64,000 nt of DNA from a virus: positions 1 through 64,000 of IMG/VR virus record IMGVR_UViG_3300008117_000049; one strand, written 5' to 3'. The position numbers were made by a program, and so were the translations under genes. Below, piece by piece: positions 1-9,455 of this stretch; the stretch's first letter is position 1, and every line of letters begins with the position of its first letter. Under the pieces are notes generated by a model, which saw only the letters and a program-made list of their open reading frames with translations, made no database searches and was not told the DNA's origin.

Positions 1-2
1 AG

Positions 3-104
3 TACGCTAATGGTTCTGGAGAAGATACATACAATGTTCCTGGAAACTTGAACTATGTGTCCGACAACAATGTTGACTTTATTATCAAGTCAAACGAGGA
101 TTAA
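3..104 (+). CDS. 3' end of an upstream structural gene (probably major tail protein), partial
   Basis: Open frame from the window start ending ...NNVDFIIKSNED-TAA at 104; lies upstream of neck and tail genes. Confidence 0.4.
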   Translation, partial: YANGSGEDTYNVPGNLNYVSDNNVDFIIKSNED

Positions 105-116
105 TAGTTAGATAGA

Positions 117-161
117 AAGGCGACGCAATTGGTTAAAAACTTTTCCAATTTGCGTCGCCTT
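117..161 (+). terminator. Long GC-rich hairpin (terminator or processing stem)
   Basis: AAGGCGACGCAATTGG (117-132) pairs with CCAATTTGCGTCGCCTT (145-161), one bulge; weak U-tract. Confidence 0.55.
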
Positions 162-182
162 ACTACTACCAAAGGATAACAA

Positions 183-1289
183 ATGACTGCTTTGTGGATT
201 CAACCAGAAGAGTTGGGCGATTACGCTAACTCTGAATTCGCTCTAGAGGCTGCTCAAACGGCTTCGCATTTGCTTTGGGCTATGTCTGGTCGTAAATATT
301 CTGGCGAAACAATTGTTACTGAGCGTTATACTTGCGTGCTTCGCCGTTCTCGCCTTGGTGCCTCAAATAAAAACACAGACGGTGTTTTGTTTGGCGGAAC
401 TGTATATAATATTCCGTCAGGCGATTTTGATTATGATGAATATGCTTCTTTGACAATTGACGGCATATCGCCAGAATCTCGCATCAAACTTCGTGGTGGC
501 CCAGTTACCAGAATTATTACAATTAGAAATCGCACTGGTGAGTTGATTGACCCGTCTAATTATTATTTAGTTGACCACTCAACTATCCATGTAAGTCTTG
601 GTACTCCTTGGACACCTTGTAATACAGAAATTACATACGCTTACGGTCAGAACCCACCAACATCTGGAAAGATGGCGGCTAGGACTTTGGCGATTGAGTT
701 CGCCAAACTTTGGTCTGACGATGAAACTTGTGCTCTCCCGCAGCGTGTGACTTCAGTTTCTCGTCAAGGTGTGTCTTTTACTATTCTTGACCAGCAAGAT
801 TTTATTCAAGAATTACGCACTGGTCTTTATGCGGTAGACCTGTTTTTGAAAACCGTAAACCCAGACGGTGCTCGCAGAAAAACTAAAGTTTATTCAGTAG
901 ATACTCCAAGAGCCAGAAGATATACGCCTAAAAGTCTTGTCTATACAACAGGCGTAAAAGACCTAATTGTGCCACCTGGAACTGGAAATACTGGCTCAAC
1001 TACTCTTGGCTTAGCAAACATAAATGCTACTTTCCTGACTAGCCAAGCGGGTTGGACACCAGCATTGACGCTAAAAAGCCACTCTGGTGGCAGGTCGCTT
1101 ACGCTAAGTAATACATCAGCAAATGTCAATACTTCGGCTTCTACTATAACATTGACGGCTGGCTATTCAGAAACGCTAGCGACAATAGGTATGGTTGACC
1201 CAGGCAGTTGGGATTTATACGCAACTCACACTAATAACAGCGTTGTCTTGATTACATCAGGAAACTTAAAAATCAACCTAAACGGTTAG
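183..1289 (+). CDS. Head-to-tail adaptor with C-terminal extension
   Basis: CALPQRVTSVSRQGVS motif resembles actinophage head-to-tail adaptors; AAGGA RBS; position. Confidence 0.65.
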   Translation: MTALWIQPEELGDYANSEFALEAAQTASHLLWAMSGRKYSGETIVTERYTCVLRRSRLGASNKNTDGVLFGGTVYNIPSGDFDYDEYASLTIDGISPESRIKLRGGPVTRIITIRNRTGELIDPSNYYLVDHSTIHVSLGTPWTPCNTEITYAYGQNPPTSGKMAARTLAIEFAKLWSDDETCALPQRVTSVSRQGVSFTILDQQDFIQELRTGLYAVDLFLKTVNPDGARRKTKVYSVDTPRARRYTPKSLVYTTGVKDLIVPPGTGNTGSTTLGLANINATFLTSQAGWTPALTLKSHSGGRSLTLSNTSANVNTSASTITLTAGYSETLATIGMVDPGSWDLYATHTNNSVVLITSGNLKINLNG

Positions 1290-1328
1290 TTCTACAATAG
1301 AAATAGCCCTAAAAGAAAGTAAATAAAC

Positions 1329-1523
1329 ATGGTACATATTCAGACAAATTTCACCGCAGAAGCGATGAACACAGGTAAGAAAGCAACAGTTGCTGCTCCA
1401 GTAAAGGCAAAGAAAGTAAAGCCTGAGCCAGTGATAGTTGAGACACCAGTTGTTGAAGAAGTCGTAGAAACTCCAGTTGCTGAAGAGGCTCCTGTTGTTG
1501 AAGAGGCTCCAGTAGCCGAATAG
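1329..1523 (+). CDS. Small Glu/Pro/Val-rich protein
   Basis: ETPVVEE/EEAPV repeats; sits between structural genes. Confidence 0.6.
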   Translation: MVHIQTNFTAEAMNTGKKATVAAPVKAKKVKPEPVIVETPVVEEVVETPVAEEAPVVEEAPVAE

Positions 1524-1532
1524 TAGGCACTT

Positions 1533-2036
1533 ATGTCAACAGCGACAATCGCAGATGTTTCTGAAGATGCTCTCCATTTAAAAAATTTGATGGATGGCAT
1601 ACTTTCTCGTATTGAGACAGTTTTTCAATCATACAATGTGCCATTGCCGTCTCGTCGTTATTGGACTATGGGAGAAGTTGCTGTTGATTGCGAACAAGTA
1701 GTTGTCAATTTTTTACAAATGTATTTAGGAACTCCTGGCGACGAGCAATCTGCTCCACAGCGTTGCCATGTTCCAAGAACCGCTACGGTAATTATTAGTA
1801 TTTCAAGACCTGTAGCCACTGTGGGTCAAAATGGCAGACCGCCTAGTGGCGATAAAATTACCGAAAGTTCTTACACATCTGCCATTGACGCTTGGGTGTT
1901 GATGGAGTGTATTCGTGAATTTGATATGTGGGATGATTCTGGATATGGATTGGGAGTAATTGCTACTCTTGATAGTTCTGGACCTGAAGGTGGTTTTCAG
2001 ACTGTCAATATGCAACTAACGCTGGCGGTTCCATAA
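1533..2036 (+). CDS. Putative tail terminator/completion protein
   Basis: 167 aa; synteny between adaptor and tail chaperone; C-terminal GPEGG motif. Confidence 0.5.
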   Translation: MSTATIADVSEDALHLKNLMDGILSRIETVFQSYNVPLPSRRYWTMGEVAVDCEQVVVNFLQMYLGTPGDEQSAPQRCHVPRTATVIISISRPVATVGQNGRPPSGDKITESSYTSAIDAWVLMECIREFDMWDDSGYGLGVIATLDSSGPEGGFQTVNMQLTLAVP

Positions 2037-2037
2037 A

Positions 2038-2601
2038 ATGCCTAGAGGATTGCCAGATAGTTGGTTCCTTTACGGTGCCCAGAAAATATACGGTGGATTA
2101 AAAAGAAGTTCTCGCGGGTTTAATGGCAGACCGTCTAGGGTTTCTAATCCAACTCATTACTCTTACAAATTTCAAAAATTAATTTTGTATAAACCTGTTT
2201 TAGATGCAGAACTAAGAACTTCCAAAGGAGATTTATGGAAAACTTTAGAATTCAGGGGAAAAATTGTTTTACTATTAGCGAAACAACAAGTAGGTAAAAA
2301 AACTGGTGCCTTGGCTCTTTCTATTAAAATGAGCCACAAGCCCACCAGAAACGGTCAAGAAGTAAAAATTGGCTCAGATAATAAAATTGCTTATTTACAT
2401 CATCAGGGAACTAGACCCCACCTAATTACTCCTAAAAATCACCCTCAACTTGTCTTTATGAGCAGAGGCAGGATTATTAGAACACAGTTGGTAAGGCACC
2501 CCGGCACTAAGCCAAATCGTTATCTTTCTGACCAACTTTATGTTTTTCAAGACTTAGGGGCAATATATAAAGGAAAATCTTTCCCCAAACCGCCAGTCTA
2601 A
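2038..2601 (+). CDS. Neck/tail-completion protein (HK97 gp10-like)
   Basis: Basic protein with HQGTRPH and VRHPGTKPNRYL motifs. Confidence 0.55.
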   Translation: MPRGLPDSWFLYGAQKIYGGLKRSSRGFNGRPSRVSNPTHYSYKFQKLILYKPVLDAELRTSKGDLWKTLEFRGKIVLLLAKQQVGKKTGALALSIKMSHKPTRNGQEVKIGSDNKIAYLHHQGTRPHLITPKNHPQLVFMSRGRIIRTQLVRHPGTKPNRYLSDQLYVFQDLGAIYKGKSFPKPPV

Positions 2602-2687
2602 AAATCAACTGTTTTTTTATAAAGTAAAATAGTTGTAGGTTGAAACCCAACCTGTAATTACACATTCAAAAGAAAGACTATGTAAAT

Positions 2688-3023
2688 ATGGCCAGATTCA
2701 AAGACTTTGGTAGCGGAGAAAACTCTAAAGCCGAACCTATTTCGTTTAAACTTTGGGGCGAAGAGTTTCATTGCGTACCATCAATTCAAGGAAAATTACT
2801 TCTTGAAATTGTTTCAGATTCTTCCTCAGACGACCCAGCAAAATCAGCATTAGTTATGGACAAGTTTTTTGCCGCTGTACTAAAGCCCGAAAGCAAAGTA
2901 GCATTTGACACTATCCTTTCCGACCCTGAAAAAATCACAACTTTAGATACTTTAGGTGAAATTGTTGCTTGGTTGATGGAAGAGTATTCAACCCGCCCAA
3001 AAGAGCAGTTGACGGCCTCTTAG
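2688..3023 (+). CDS. Tail assembly chaperone (G)
   Basis: Lies upstream of the tape measure gene; slippery heptamer CCCAAAA at 2996-3002. Confidence 0.75.
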   Translation: MARFKDFGSGENSKAEPISFKLWGEEFHCVPSIQGKLLLEIVSDSSSDDPAKSALVMDKFFAAVLKPESKVAFDTILSDPEKITTLDTLGEIVAWLMEEYSTRPKEQLTAS

Positions 3024-3406
3024 AGTGGGCTACTAGCCTCTGGCCTTATGTAAACGGAAAAGCATTAATGAATGGAATACATCTAGCAAGTATGGAGGCA
3101 GATGACATGCTAGATGTCATTCATTATCTTTTTGAAGAAGATTTGCGCTACTCCACTGGAGAACAGGCTCAGGCGGTAGAAAAAACTAGGGAAATTATTT
3201 ATGGGCAACTTTACGGAGTTGATTACATATTTAAAAATGTCTCTAATAAATCAAGTAAATCAAATTCATTTAATGATTTTGATAATTTACAACCATTTGA
3301 CCCAAGAAAAAAAGTGACAAAACCTTACATACCGCCAACTGAATTTGACCCTGACACTGGAATGCCTTTAAGTGGAAACGGTCTTTTAGAAGCACCGCTG
3401 AACTAG
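2996..3406 (+). CDS. Tail assembly chaperone, -1 frameshifted extension (GT)
   Basis: The -1 frame is open from C CCA AAA (2996-3002), giving ...PKRAVDGLLEW... to the stop at 3406. Confidence 0.7.
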   Translation, partial: PKRAVDGLLEWATSLWPYVNGKALMNGIHLASMEADDMLDVIHYLFEEDLRYSTGEQAQAVEKTREIIYGQLYGVDYIFKNVSNKSSKSNSFNDFDNLQPFDPRKKVTKPYIPPTEFDPDTGMPLSGNGLLEAPLN

Positions 3407-3419
3407 GAGGTGAGCCAAT

Positions 3420-6400
3420 ATGCCAGTAGTTGGTGAAGCCCATATTATAGTTAGGGCTATTACTACTAATGTTGCTAAAGACATTAAAAATGGTTTTAAT
3501 GGCGTTAGTGGAGTTGGCGGTAAAAATGCCGAGCAAGCGGGTCAGAATCTTTCTTCAAGATTTATGCGCGGGTGGAGCAAAAATATGGACACCAACCCGT
3601 TTACTCAATTTGCTAATGGGTTAAAAGAAATGTACCCGCAAGCGCAAGCGGGTTATGATGCCATCAATGCTTTAGCGGTCAGTGGTTATAAATTTAGTAG
3701 CGTTGGTTATATAATTGCTGCTTCTATTGGAACACTAATTGGTGCGCTAGTTGCTTTAGTTGCTGCCGCTGCTGGCGCGGCTGCTTCATTTACAGCAATA
3801 ATTGGGTTATTTATTGCAATGAAGGCCGCCACAGCAGTGGCAAAAATGGCGTTCAACGGCGTAGGCGAAGCCGTACAAAAAGCAACTCAGCAACAAAAAG
3901 CACAAACAGAAACTTTAAAAAACCTTCGTGAAGAACTTCAACAATTAAAATTTGATGCTGAAGACGCTGCCTTGGCTCAGGAACAGGCTGCTATATCTTT
4001 AGAAAAGGCTCGTGAAGGATTAGCAAGAACCGCAGACCTGCCAGCAGATAGTAGGGCTAGAAGAGAAGCCGAACTTGCTTACAAACAAGCAGATTTAAAC
4101 TATCGTAGAGCAAAAGACAGAAGTGCTGACTTAAACGAAGAATTGCGTACAGGTGCAAAAGCCAGAGCAAAAGCAGCAGCCGACGACCCTTACGCAAATC
4201 TAACTGCCACGCAAAAAGGATTTGCTAAATTTTTAGTAACTTTACAGCCAATTCTAAAAAATCTTAGAGAAGCCGTTGCCAGTGGATTTTTACCGCTTCT
4301 TCAAAAAGGTCTTAGCAAATTAATTTCTTCTGGAACTTTTAACGATATATACAACGGAATTGCTGGAATTGGAAAAGCACTAGGTAGTGCAGTAAAAGTA
4401 ATTTTAGATTTCTTTTCCTCAGCGGAAGCGGGAAAATATCTAAGAGAAATATTTGAGTCAATTCAATATGTTGTACAACAATTTGGCCCAATTCTTACAA
4501 AATTCTTTAAAGCGTTCTTTAAAATTATGGCTGCTTCTAGCCCTATTGTTAATAGACTTGCTGATTTTATATCTAGATTGCTTGACGACTTCAATGCGTT
4601 ATTAGACAAAACTGGCGATACTGGACTACGCAAATTCTTTATTACCGCCGCGGACATGGCTGGCAAATTTGGAAAAATTGCTGGAAACATACTAAAAGCA
4701 TTTGGCTCAATTATTATGGCCAACTTTGGGCCTGGCACTGGTGGAGATTATCTGCTCAATTGGTTAATTGAAGCGACCCAAGGTTTTGGAACAATGGGTA
4801 AAACTGGTAATTCACTCAAAACTTTCTTTAATGAAATTGGTGTAAATACCAAAAAAATGCTTGGTGGTATTGGTGGTATTTTTAAGGCTCTTGTGGAGTT
4901 TGGTGCTGACCCTAGAGTTGGAGAATTCTGGGTAATTATTAAACAGGCTTCTCCTTATTTTTCTAGTATCTTAAAAAAGGCTGGTCAAGCACTACCTACA
5001 GTGGCAAAATTAGTTGTAAAAATTGTTGAGATTGTTGACAAACTTACAGACAACGCAGCAATTGATAACTTCTTTAAAACTTTACTAAAAGGTGCAGATA
5101 CTTTTTCAAAAATTATTAGCAACCCTGTTGTAAATAGTATTCAATCTTTTACTGGAAAAATTCACGCCGTCACTCTTGGTCTTATGGAACTTAAAAAGTT
5201 TGCAGAACCAGTAACTCAATTTTTATTTGAAGGATTTAGAAGAGTAAATGCTGCTGTTGGTAAAACAATAGACCTTTTTCATGGTGCAAAAACTGCGGTT
5301 CAGACGGTTGCTAGGGCAGAGCAGGGGCTCCGTGAAGGTATTAAGAAAACTATGGCAAGTTTTAGGGCTGCTGCTGAAGTTTGGCCTAAATACACTAAAG
5401 GTGTAAACCAAGCAAGGCAATACTTATCTATTTTTGGTGCTAAGGCTGGTAGCACCCTGACAAACGCAACGAAAAGAACTAGAGAATTAATTGCTAGTCA
5501 AAATATTTTAGCGCGTGGTTGGGGTAGAACTCGTTTAGCAGTGGAAGCAGCCAATTTAAGATTTAAGATATTTTCTACTTTAGCGAAACAAAACTTAGCC
5601 GAACTTACCTATAGTAATAATAAATTTGTTGCTGGTTTTGCTAGAGTAGGTTCATTTATGATGGGCCACCCTATATTAATGATAATTGGCCTAATTGCCG
5701 CAGCGTTTATTACGCTTTACACAACTAATGAAAAATTCAGAAACGCTATAAATAGCACATTTAAACCAGCCTTGGATGCTTTAGGTGAAGCATTTAGAGT
5801 AATTATGGCTGCTCTTCAACCAGTAATAAATGCTTTCCAAGTTCTTATGAAAACATTATTTGGTGGAGAAAAAGGAGACGGTCAAGGTCCATTAACTAAA
5901 TTTTTCTTACTACTTGCAACTCTTATATCAGACTTAATAGTAGTAATTGCCCCGTTAGTTGCTGAATTAATATCAAAACTTATGCCAGTTGTAACTATGT
6001 TACTTCAGGTGCTTACTCCAATTATTTCAGTAATTATGAAAATTTGGTACGCTTTACAGGGCGCAATATTTAAAGTTTTGACTGTAATTATTAAAGTTGT
6101 AGTAGAACTTGTAAAAGTCATTATAAATTTGCTAATGCCAATTATAGATGCAGTAATGGCTTATCTTGAACCGCTTTTACAATACTGGGTACTAATGGCA
6201 GAATTAGTAGAAGCATTTTTTGATGCTCTTATGACTAATGACTGGGAAACATTTGGAGAAAAGTTTAAAACAATTGGTCAGGGGATAGTCCAATCTTTGG
6301 CAGATATGTTTACTGGGCTGGTAAACCTAGTTGTAGAGTTGCTAAATCTACTTATCAAACTTATGTCATATACATTAAGACCCGTCTTTGACATTTTAAA

Positions 6401-6740
6401 ACAACTTAGCGGTGGCACCATAGACATAAATGCCTCCATTGATGCTGGACTAATTCCAAAAATGCCTCCAATTACTGTGCCTCAAATGTTTGAAAAAGGT
6501 GGAATTGTTAGCCCGTCTGCTGGCGGTACTTTAGGAATTATTGCTGAGGCTGGTAGGCCAGAGCGTATCGAGCCACTTGACCCAGACGGATTATCTAAGA
6601 GAGATAAAGCAATGATTCAAATGATGGGTGGCAGCGGTATCAATGTCACTGTAAACGGCACTCCAGATATGGATGTCAATGCTCTTGCTGCTGAAGTAAG
6701 CCGAAGACTTGCTTTCCAGATGAGAAAGGGTGCTGTCTAA
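3420..6740 (+). CDS. Tape measure protein
   Basis: 1106 aa, Ala/Gly-rich amphipathic helices and coiled coil, C-terminal IAEAGRPERIEPL motif; follows the chaperone. Confidence 0.9.
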   Translation: MPVVGEAHIIVRAITTNVAKDIKNGFNGVSGVGGKNAEQAGQNLSSRFMRGWSKNMDTNPFTQFANGLKEMYPQAQAGYDAINALAVSGYKFSSVGYIIAASIGTLIGALVALVAAAAGAAASFTAIIGLFIAMKAATAVAKMAFNGVGEAVQKATQQQKAQTETLKNLREELQQLKFDAEDAALAQEQAAISLEKAREGLARTADLPADSRARREAELAYKQADLNYRRAKDRSADLNEELRTGAKARAKAAADDPYANLTATQKGFAKFLVTLQPILKNLREAVASGFLPLLQKGLSKLISSGTFNDIYNGIAGIGKALGSAVKVILDFFSSAEAGKYLREIFESIQYVVQQFGPILTKFFKAFFKIMAASSPIVNRLADFISRLLDDFNALLDKTGDTGLRKFFITAADMAGKFGKIAGNILKAFGSIIMANFGPGTGGDYLLNWLIEATQGFGTMGKTGNSLKTFFNEIGVNTKKMLGGIGGIFKALVEFGADPRVGEFWVIIKQASPYFSSILKKAGQALPTVAKLVVKIVEIVDKLTDNAAIDNFFKTLLKGADTFSKIISNPVVNSIQSFTGKIHAVTLGLMELKKFAEPVTQFLFEGFRRVNAAVGKTIDLFHGAKTAVQTVARAEQGLREGIKKTMASFRAAAEVWPKYTKGVNQARQYLSIFGAKAGSTLTNATKRTRELIASQNILARGWGRTRLAVEAANLRFKIFSTLAKQNLAELTYSNNKFVAGFARVGSFMMGHPILMIIGLIAAAFITLYTTNEKFRNAINSTFKPALDALGEAFRVIMAALQPVINAFQVLMKTLFGGEKGDGQGPLTKFFLLLATLISDLIVVIAPLVAELISKLMPVVTMLLQVLTPIISVIMKIWYALQGAIFKVLTVIIKVVVELVKVIINLLMPIIDAVMAYLEPLLQYWVLMAELVEAFFDALMTNDWETFGEKFKTIGQGIVQSLADMFTGLVNLVVELLNLLIKLMSYTLRPVFDILKQLSGGTIDINASIDAGLIPKMPPITVPQMFEKGGIVSPSAGGTLGIIAEAGRPERIEPLDPDGLSKRDKAMIQMMGGSGINVTVNGTPDMDVNALAAEVSRRLAFQMRKGAV

Positions 6741-9415
6741 TGGCTACTACTACTCCAAACTTATTCACTAACCCCTCTTTTATTGCTAACTCAGATGGTT
6801 GGTCTGGCTTTACTTTATCTGGCTCTAATCCAACTATTTCTTTAGACAGTAGTGAGCCCCTTTATGGAACTGGATATTCCGCTAAAGTTGTTTTTGCTAA
6901 TTCAAGCCCAAATAGCGGATTAAAAACTCATCAAGATTATAGGGTTTCAGTAAATGCTGGAAGTTCATACACTTTTTCTGCTTATGTAAAAGTTCCTGCT
7001 GGCAAGGCAACTTCTGATTTTAGACTTCGTGCTTACTTTTATGGAAGCACAAACAGCACTATGGACTCGGTTCCAACTACTATCAGTTCATATGACGGTT
7101 GGGTTAGATTAGAGTTTTCATTTATAGTACCTGCTAGCGTTACTCAGTTTGAAGGTTTTGTTTATAGAAGTAGTTCTACCAGTGGTGATGGCTATTATTT
7201 TCTAGTCGATGCTCTGCAGTTTGAACCTGGCACGACTGCTACTTCACTAATATATAACCAAGGTCAAAAGAACAAACTTGTAGATACATCTTTATCTAAC
7301 AAATATATTGACCACCTAACTGGTATGAAACTCAAGGCCGATATACGCCTTGGTAATTTTGTGTTCAATCGTATAGACGAGTATGGTGTTGTTTGGGTTG
7401 TAGATAATGTCGAGGGCTGGTGGAATCTTCCAGAAGTAAGCATGCAAGATTTGCCTCGCGGGTGGGGCGACGGCTCATTTACAACTTTTGGAAGATTTGG
7501 TGCTAGGCAACTTACAATTACGGGAAGTTTTTTACTTCAAGATACTGATACTCAACTTGAGGCAGCCAGAGAGCGTCTTATAAAAGCCATAAATCTTGTA
7601 AAAAAAGACGCTTGGTTGATTCTAAATGAAGATACACCAAAAGCACTAAAAGTTAGACTTAGTGGCACACCTCAAATTCAAACAGTTTCTCCTAGAGGTA
7701 GGACTAATTTTTCAATAGGTCTTACCGCTGCCAATCCAATAAAATTTAAGTGGGCAGACGCTAGAGATGATGGCTATGCGTTAGAAACAATCAACACCGC
7801 TTCAATTATTAACAATGTGTCAAAAATTATTAGAAATGAAGGAAATACCCCAGTAGGAGTTATTTTTGAAATTATTGGTCCAACCACTGGTCCAACATCT
7901 TTATTCAACAAAACTTCTAGTCAGTTGCTTGATGTAATTTATAGACTTGACAAATATAAAACTTATTCTGTATATAGCACTCAAGTTTTAAACGGAGAAT
8001 TAATTTTTACAACTAATAGCGTTCCTCATGGCTATTCCGTTGGTGATTCCGTTGACATACTTAATGTTGTTGATACATTTGAAATCTCTAATGTTGTGTG
8101 TTCTGCTACAGATTATCTGGATATAAATACAAAATTAAAGCACAATTTTTCTGCTGGTCAAAAAATTTATTTGACTGGAATTAACGCTTTGGCTGGCTAT
8201 TCTGCAGTAGTAAACGGTGAGTATCCAATTACAAATGTTTATGCTACCGATGAAAATAAGTTTAGAGTTTCTGTTTCTGGCTTATCTACCGCTGCCGCTT
8301 GCTCAGCGCCTTCTACTTCAAAATTTGCGGTTTGGTCTAACAGTTCCAGCGTTAGTTATGATGAACTTACTAATAAAGCAACTGTAATTACGCAAGCGGC
8401 ACACGGTTTTTCTACTCAAGACCAAATTGTTTTATCAAATGCTGGGCCAGTATATAGCGGAACTCACGCAATAACATCTGTTCCAACTACTACCTCATTT
8501 GAAGTTTATCTTTACAACTCTCAAACTATTTCTGCTGTTACTGGTTATGAAGCAACATTGTCTCTTGCTACTATAACTATTGCGTCTGACTTAGGTGCTC
8601 AAGCCAATGATTACATAACAATTGACAGCGTAAATGAAAATTTTAATGGCACTTATAAAGTTGTGTCAGCAAACAGCACGGCAATAAGTTTTTATAAGGA
8701 ATTTTCAAATATTATATCTTTTGCTAATATTTCTTCAAGTCCGGGCACCGCTTATCTTTCTGATTTGAGTTCTAGGTCTTCTGCCTCATTTACTGACGGC
8801 AGAGTTTATTATGGAAACATTTTTAATGGCTCTTACAATGTAACAAGCATTAATCCCAGCACTCCAGACAAATTTACAGTTGTTCGGCCAGTTTATTATT
8901 CTAATGTTGGAGTATCTTATATTGGTTCTTACGATGGAGATACTGTGCCAATTATTAGGTCTTACGCCGAAACTTTGAGTATTGATACTTACAACAGAGA
9001 AATTGCTTTAAATGGTGAAATTGGTGGCTATCGTTCAAAATTAGATACCGTTATAGATTGGATTGAACTCCAACCGGGTGACAACGAAATTTCTTTTGAA
9101 GACTTAAATAAAATAAATGCGGCACGAGTTTCTTATGACCACCCAAATACAACAGCAACTATTACAACAGAAACAGAGCACGGCTATACCGCAAACACAT
9201 CTGTAAAAATTGTTGGACTACAGTCTAATGACGCAAATGTTTTTGCTAATGCTACGGTTACTGTAGTCGCGGTTCCCACTACAAAAACATTTACATTTGT
9301 TCCAGCAAGTAATAGCGGGTCAAATGTTAGCGACACATCGGTCTCCACTGGCCATGTTTATGAAGTTACTAAGGCTTCTGTAAATATTTACTATCGGTCA
9401 GGTTGGATTGGCTAG
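6740..9415 (+). CDS. Distal tail (Dit-like) protein with N-terminal carbohydrate-binding-like domain and inserted beta-repeat domains
   Basis: NLFTNPSF...YTFSAYVK...W.R...VDALQFE (CBM-like); Dit core ending WIELQPGDNEI; repeated HG(F/Y)..G..V.I...NG.Y units. Confidence 0.7.
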   Translation: MATTTPNLFTNPSFIANSDGWSGFTLSGSNPTISLDSSEPLYGTGYSAKVVFANSSPNSGLKTHQDYRVSVNAGSSYTFSAYVKVPAGKATSDFRLRAYFYGSTNSTMDSVPTTISSYDGWVRLEFSFIVPASVTQFEGFVYRSSSTSGDGYYFLVDALQFEPGTTATSLIYNQGQKNKLVDTSLSNKYIDHLTGMKLKADIRLGNFVFNRIDEYGVVWVVDNVEGWWNLPEVSMQDLPRGWGDGSFTTFGRFGARQLTITGSFLLQDTDTQLEAARERLIKAINLVKKDAWLILNEDTPKALKVRLSGTPQIQTVSPRGRTNFSIGLTAANPIKFKWADARDDGYALETINTASIINNVSKIIRNEGNTPVGVIFEIIGPTTGPTSLFNKTSSQLLDVIYRLDKYKTYSVYSTQVLNGELIFTTNSVPHGYSVGDSVDILNVVDTFEISNVVCSATDYLDINTKLKHNFSAGQKIYLTGINALAGYSAVVNGEYPITNVYATDENKFRVSVSGLSTAAACSAPSTSKFAVWSNSSSVSYDELTNKATVITQAAHGFSTQDQIVLSNAGPVYSGTHAITSVPTTTSFEVYLYNSQTISAVTGYEATLSLATITIASDLGAQANDYITIDSVNENFNGTYKVVSANSTAISFYKEFSNIISFANISSSPGTAYLSDLSSRSSASFTDGRVYYGNIFNGSYNVTSINPSTPDKFTVVRPVYYSNVGVSYIGSYDGDTVPIIRSYAETLSIDTYNREIALNGEIGGYRSKLDTVIDWIELQPGDNEISFEDLNKINAARVSYDHPNTTATITTETEHGYTANTSVKIVGLQSNDANVFANATVTVVAVPTTKTFTFVPASNSGSNVSDTSVSTGHVYEVTKASVNIYYRSGWIG

Positions 9416-9455
9416 TGTATAATAATTATAAAGACAGATACAAAGTTAGGTAATT

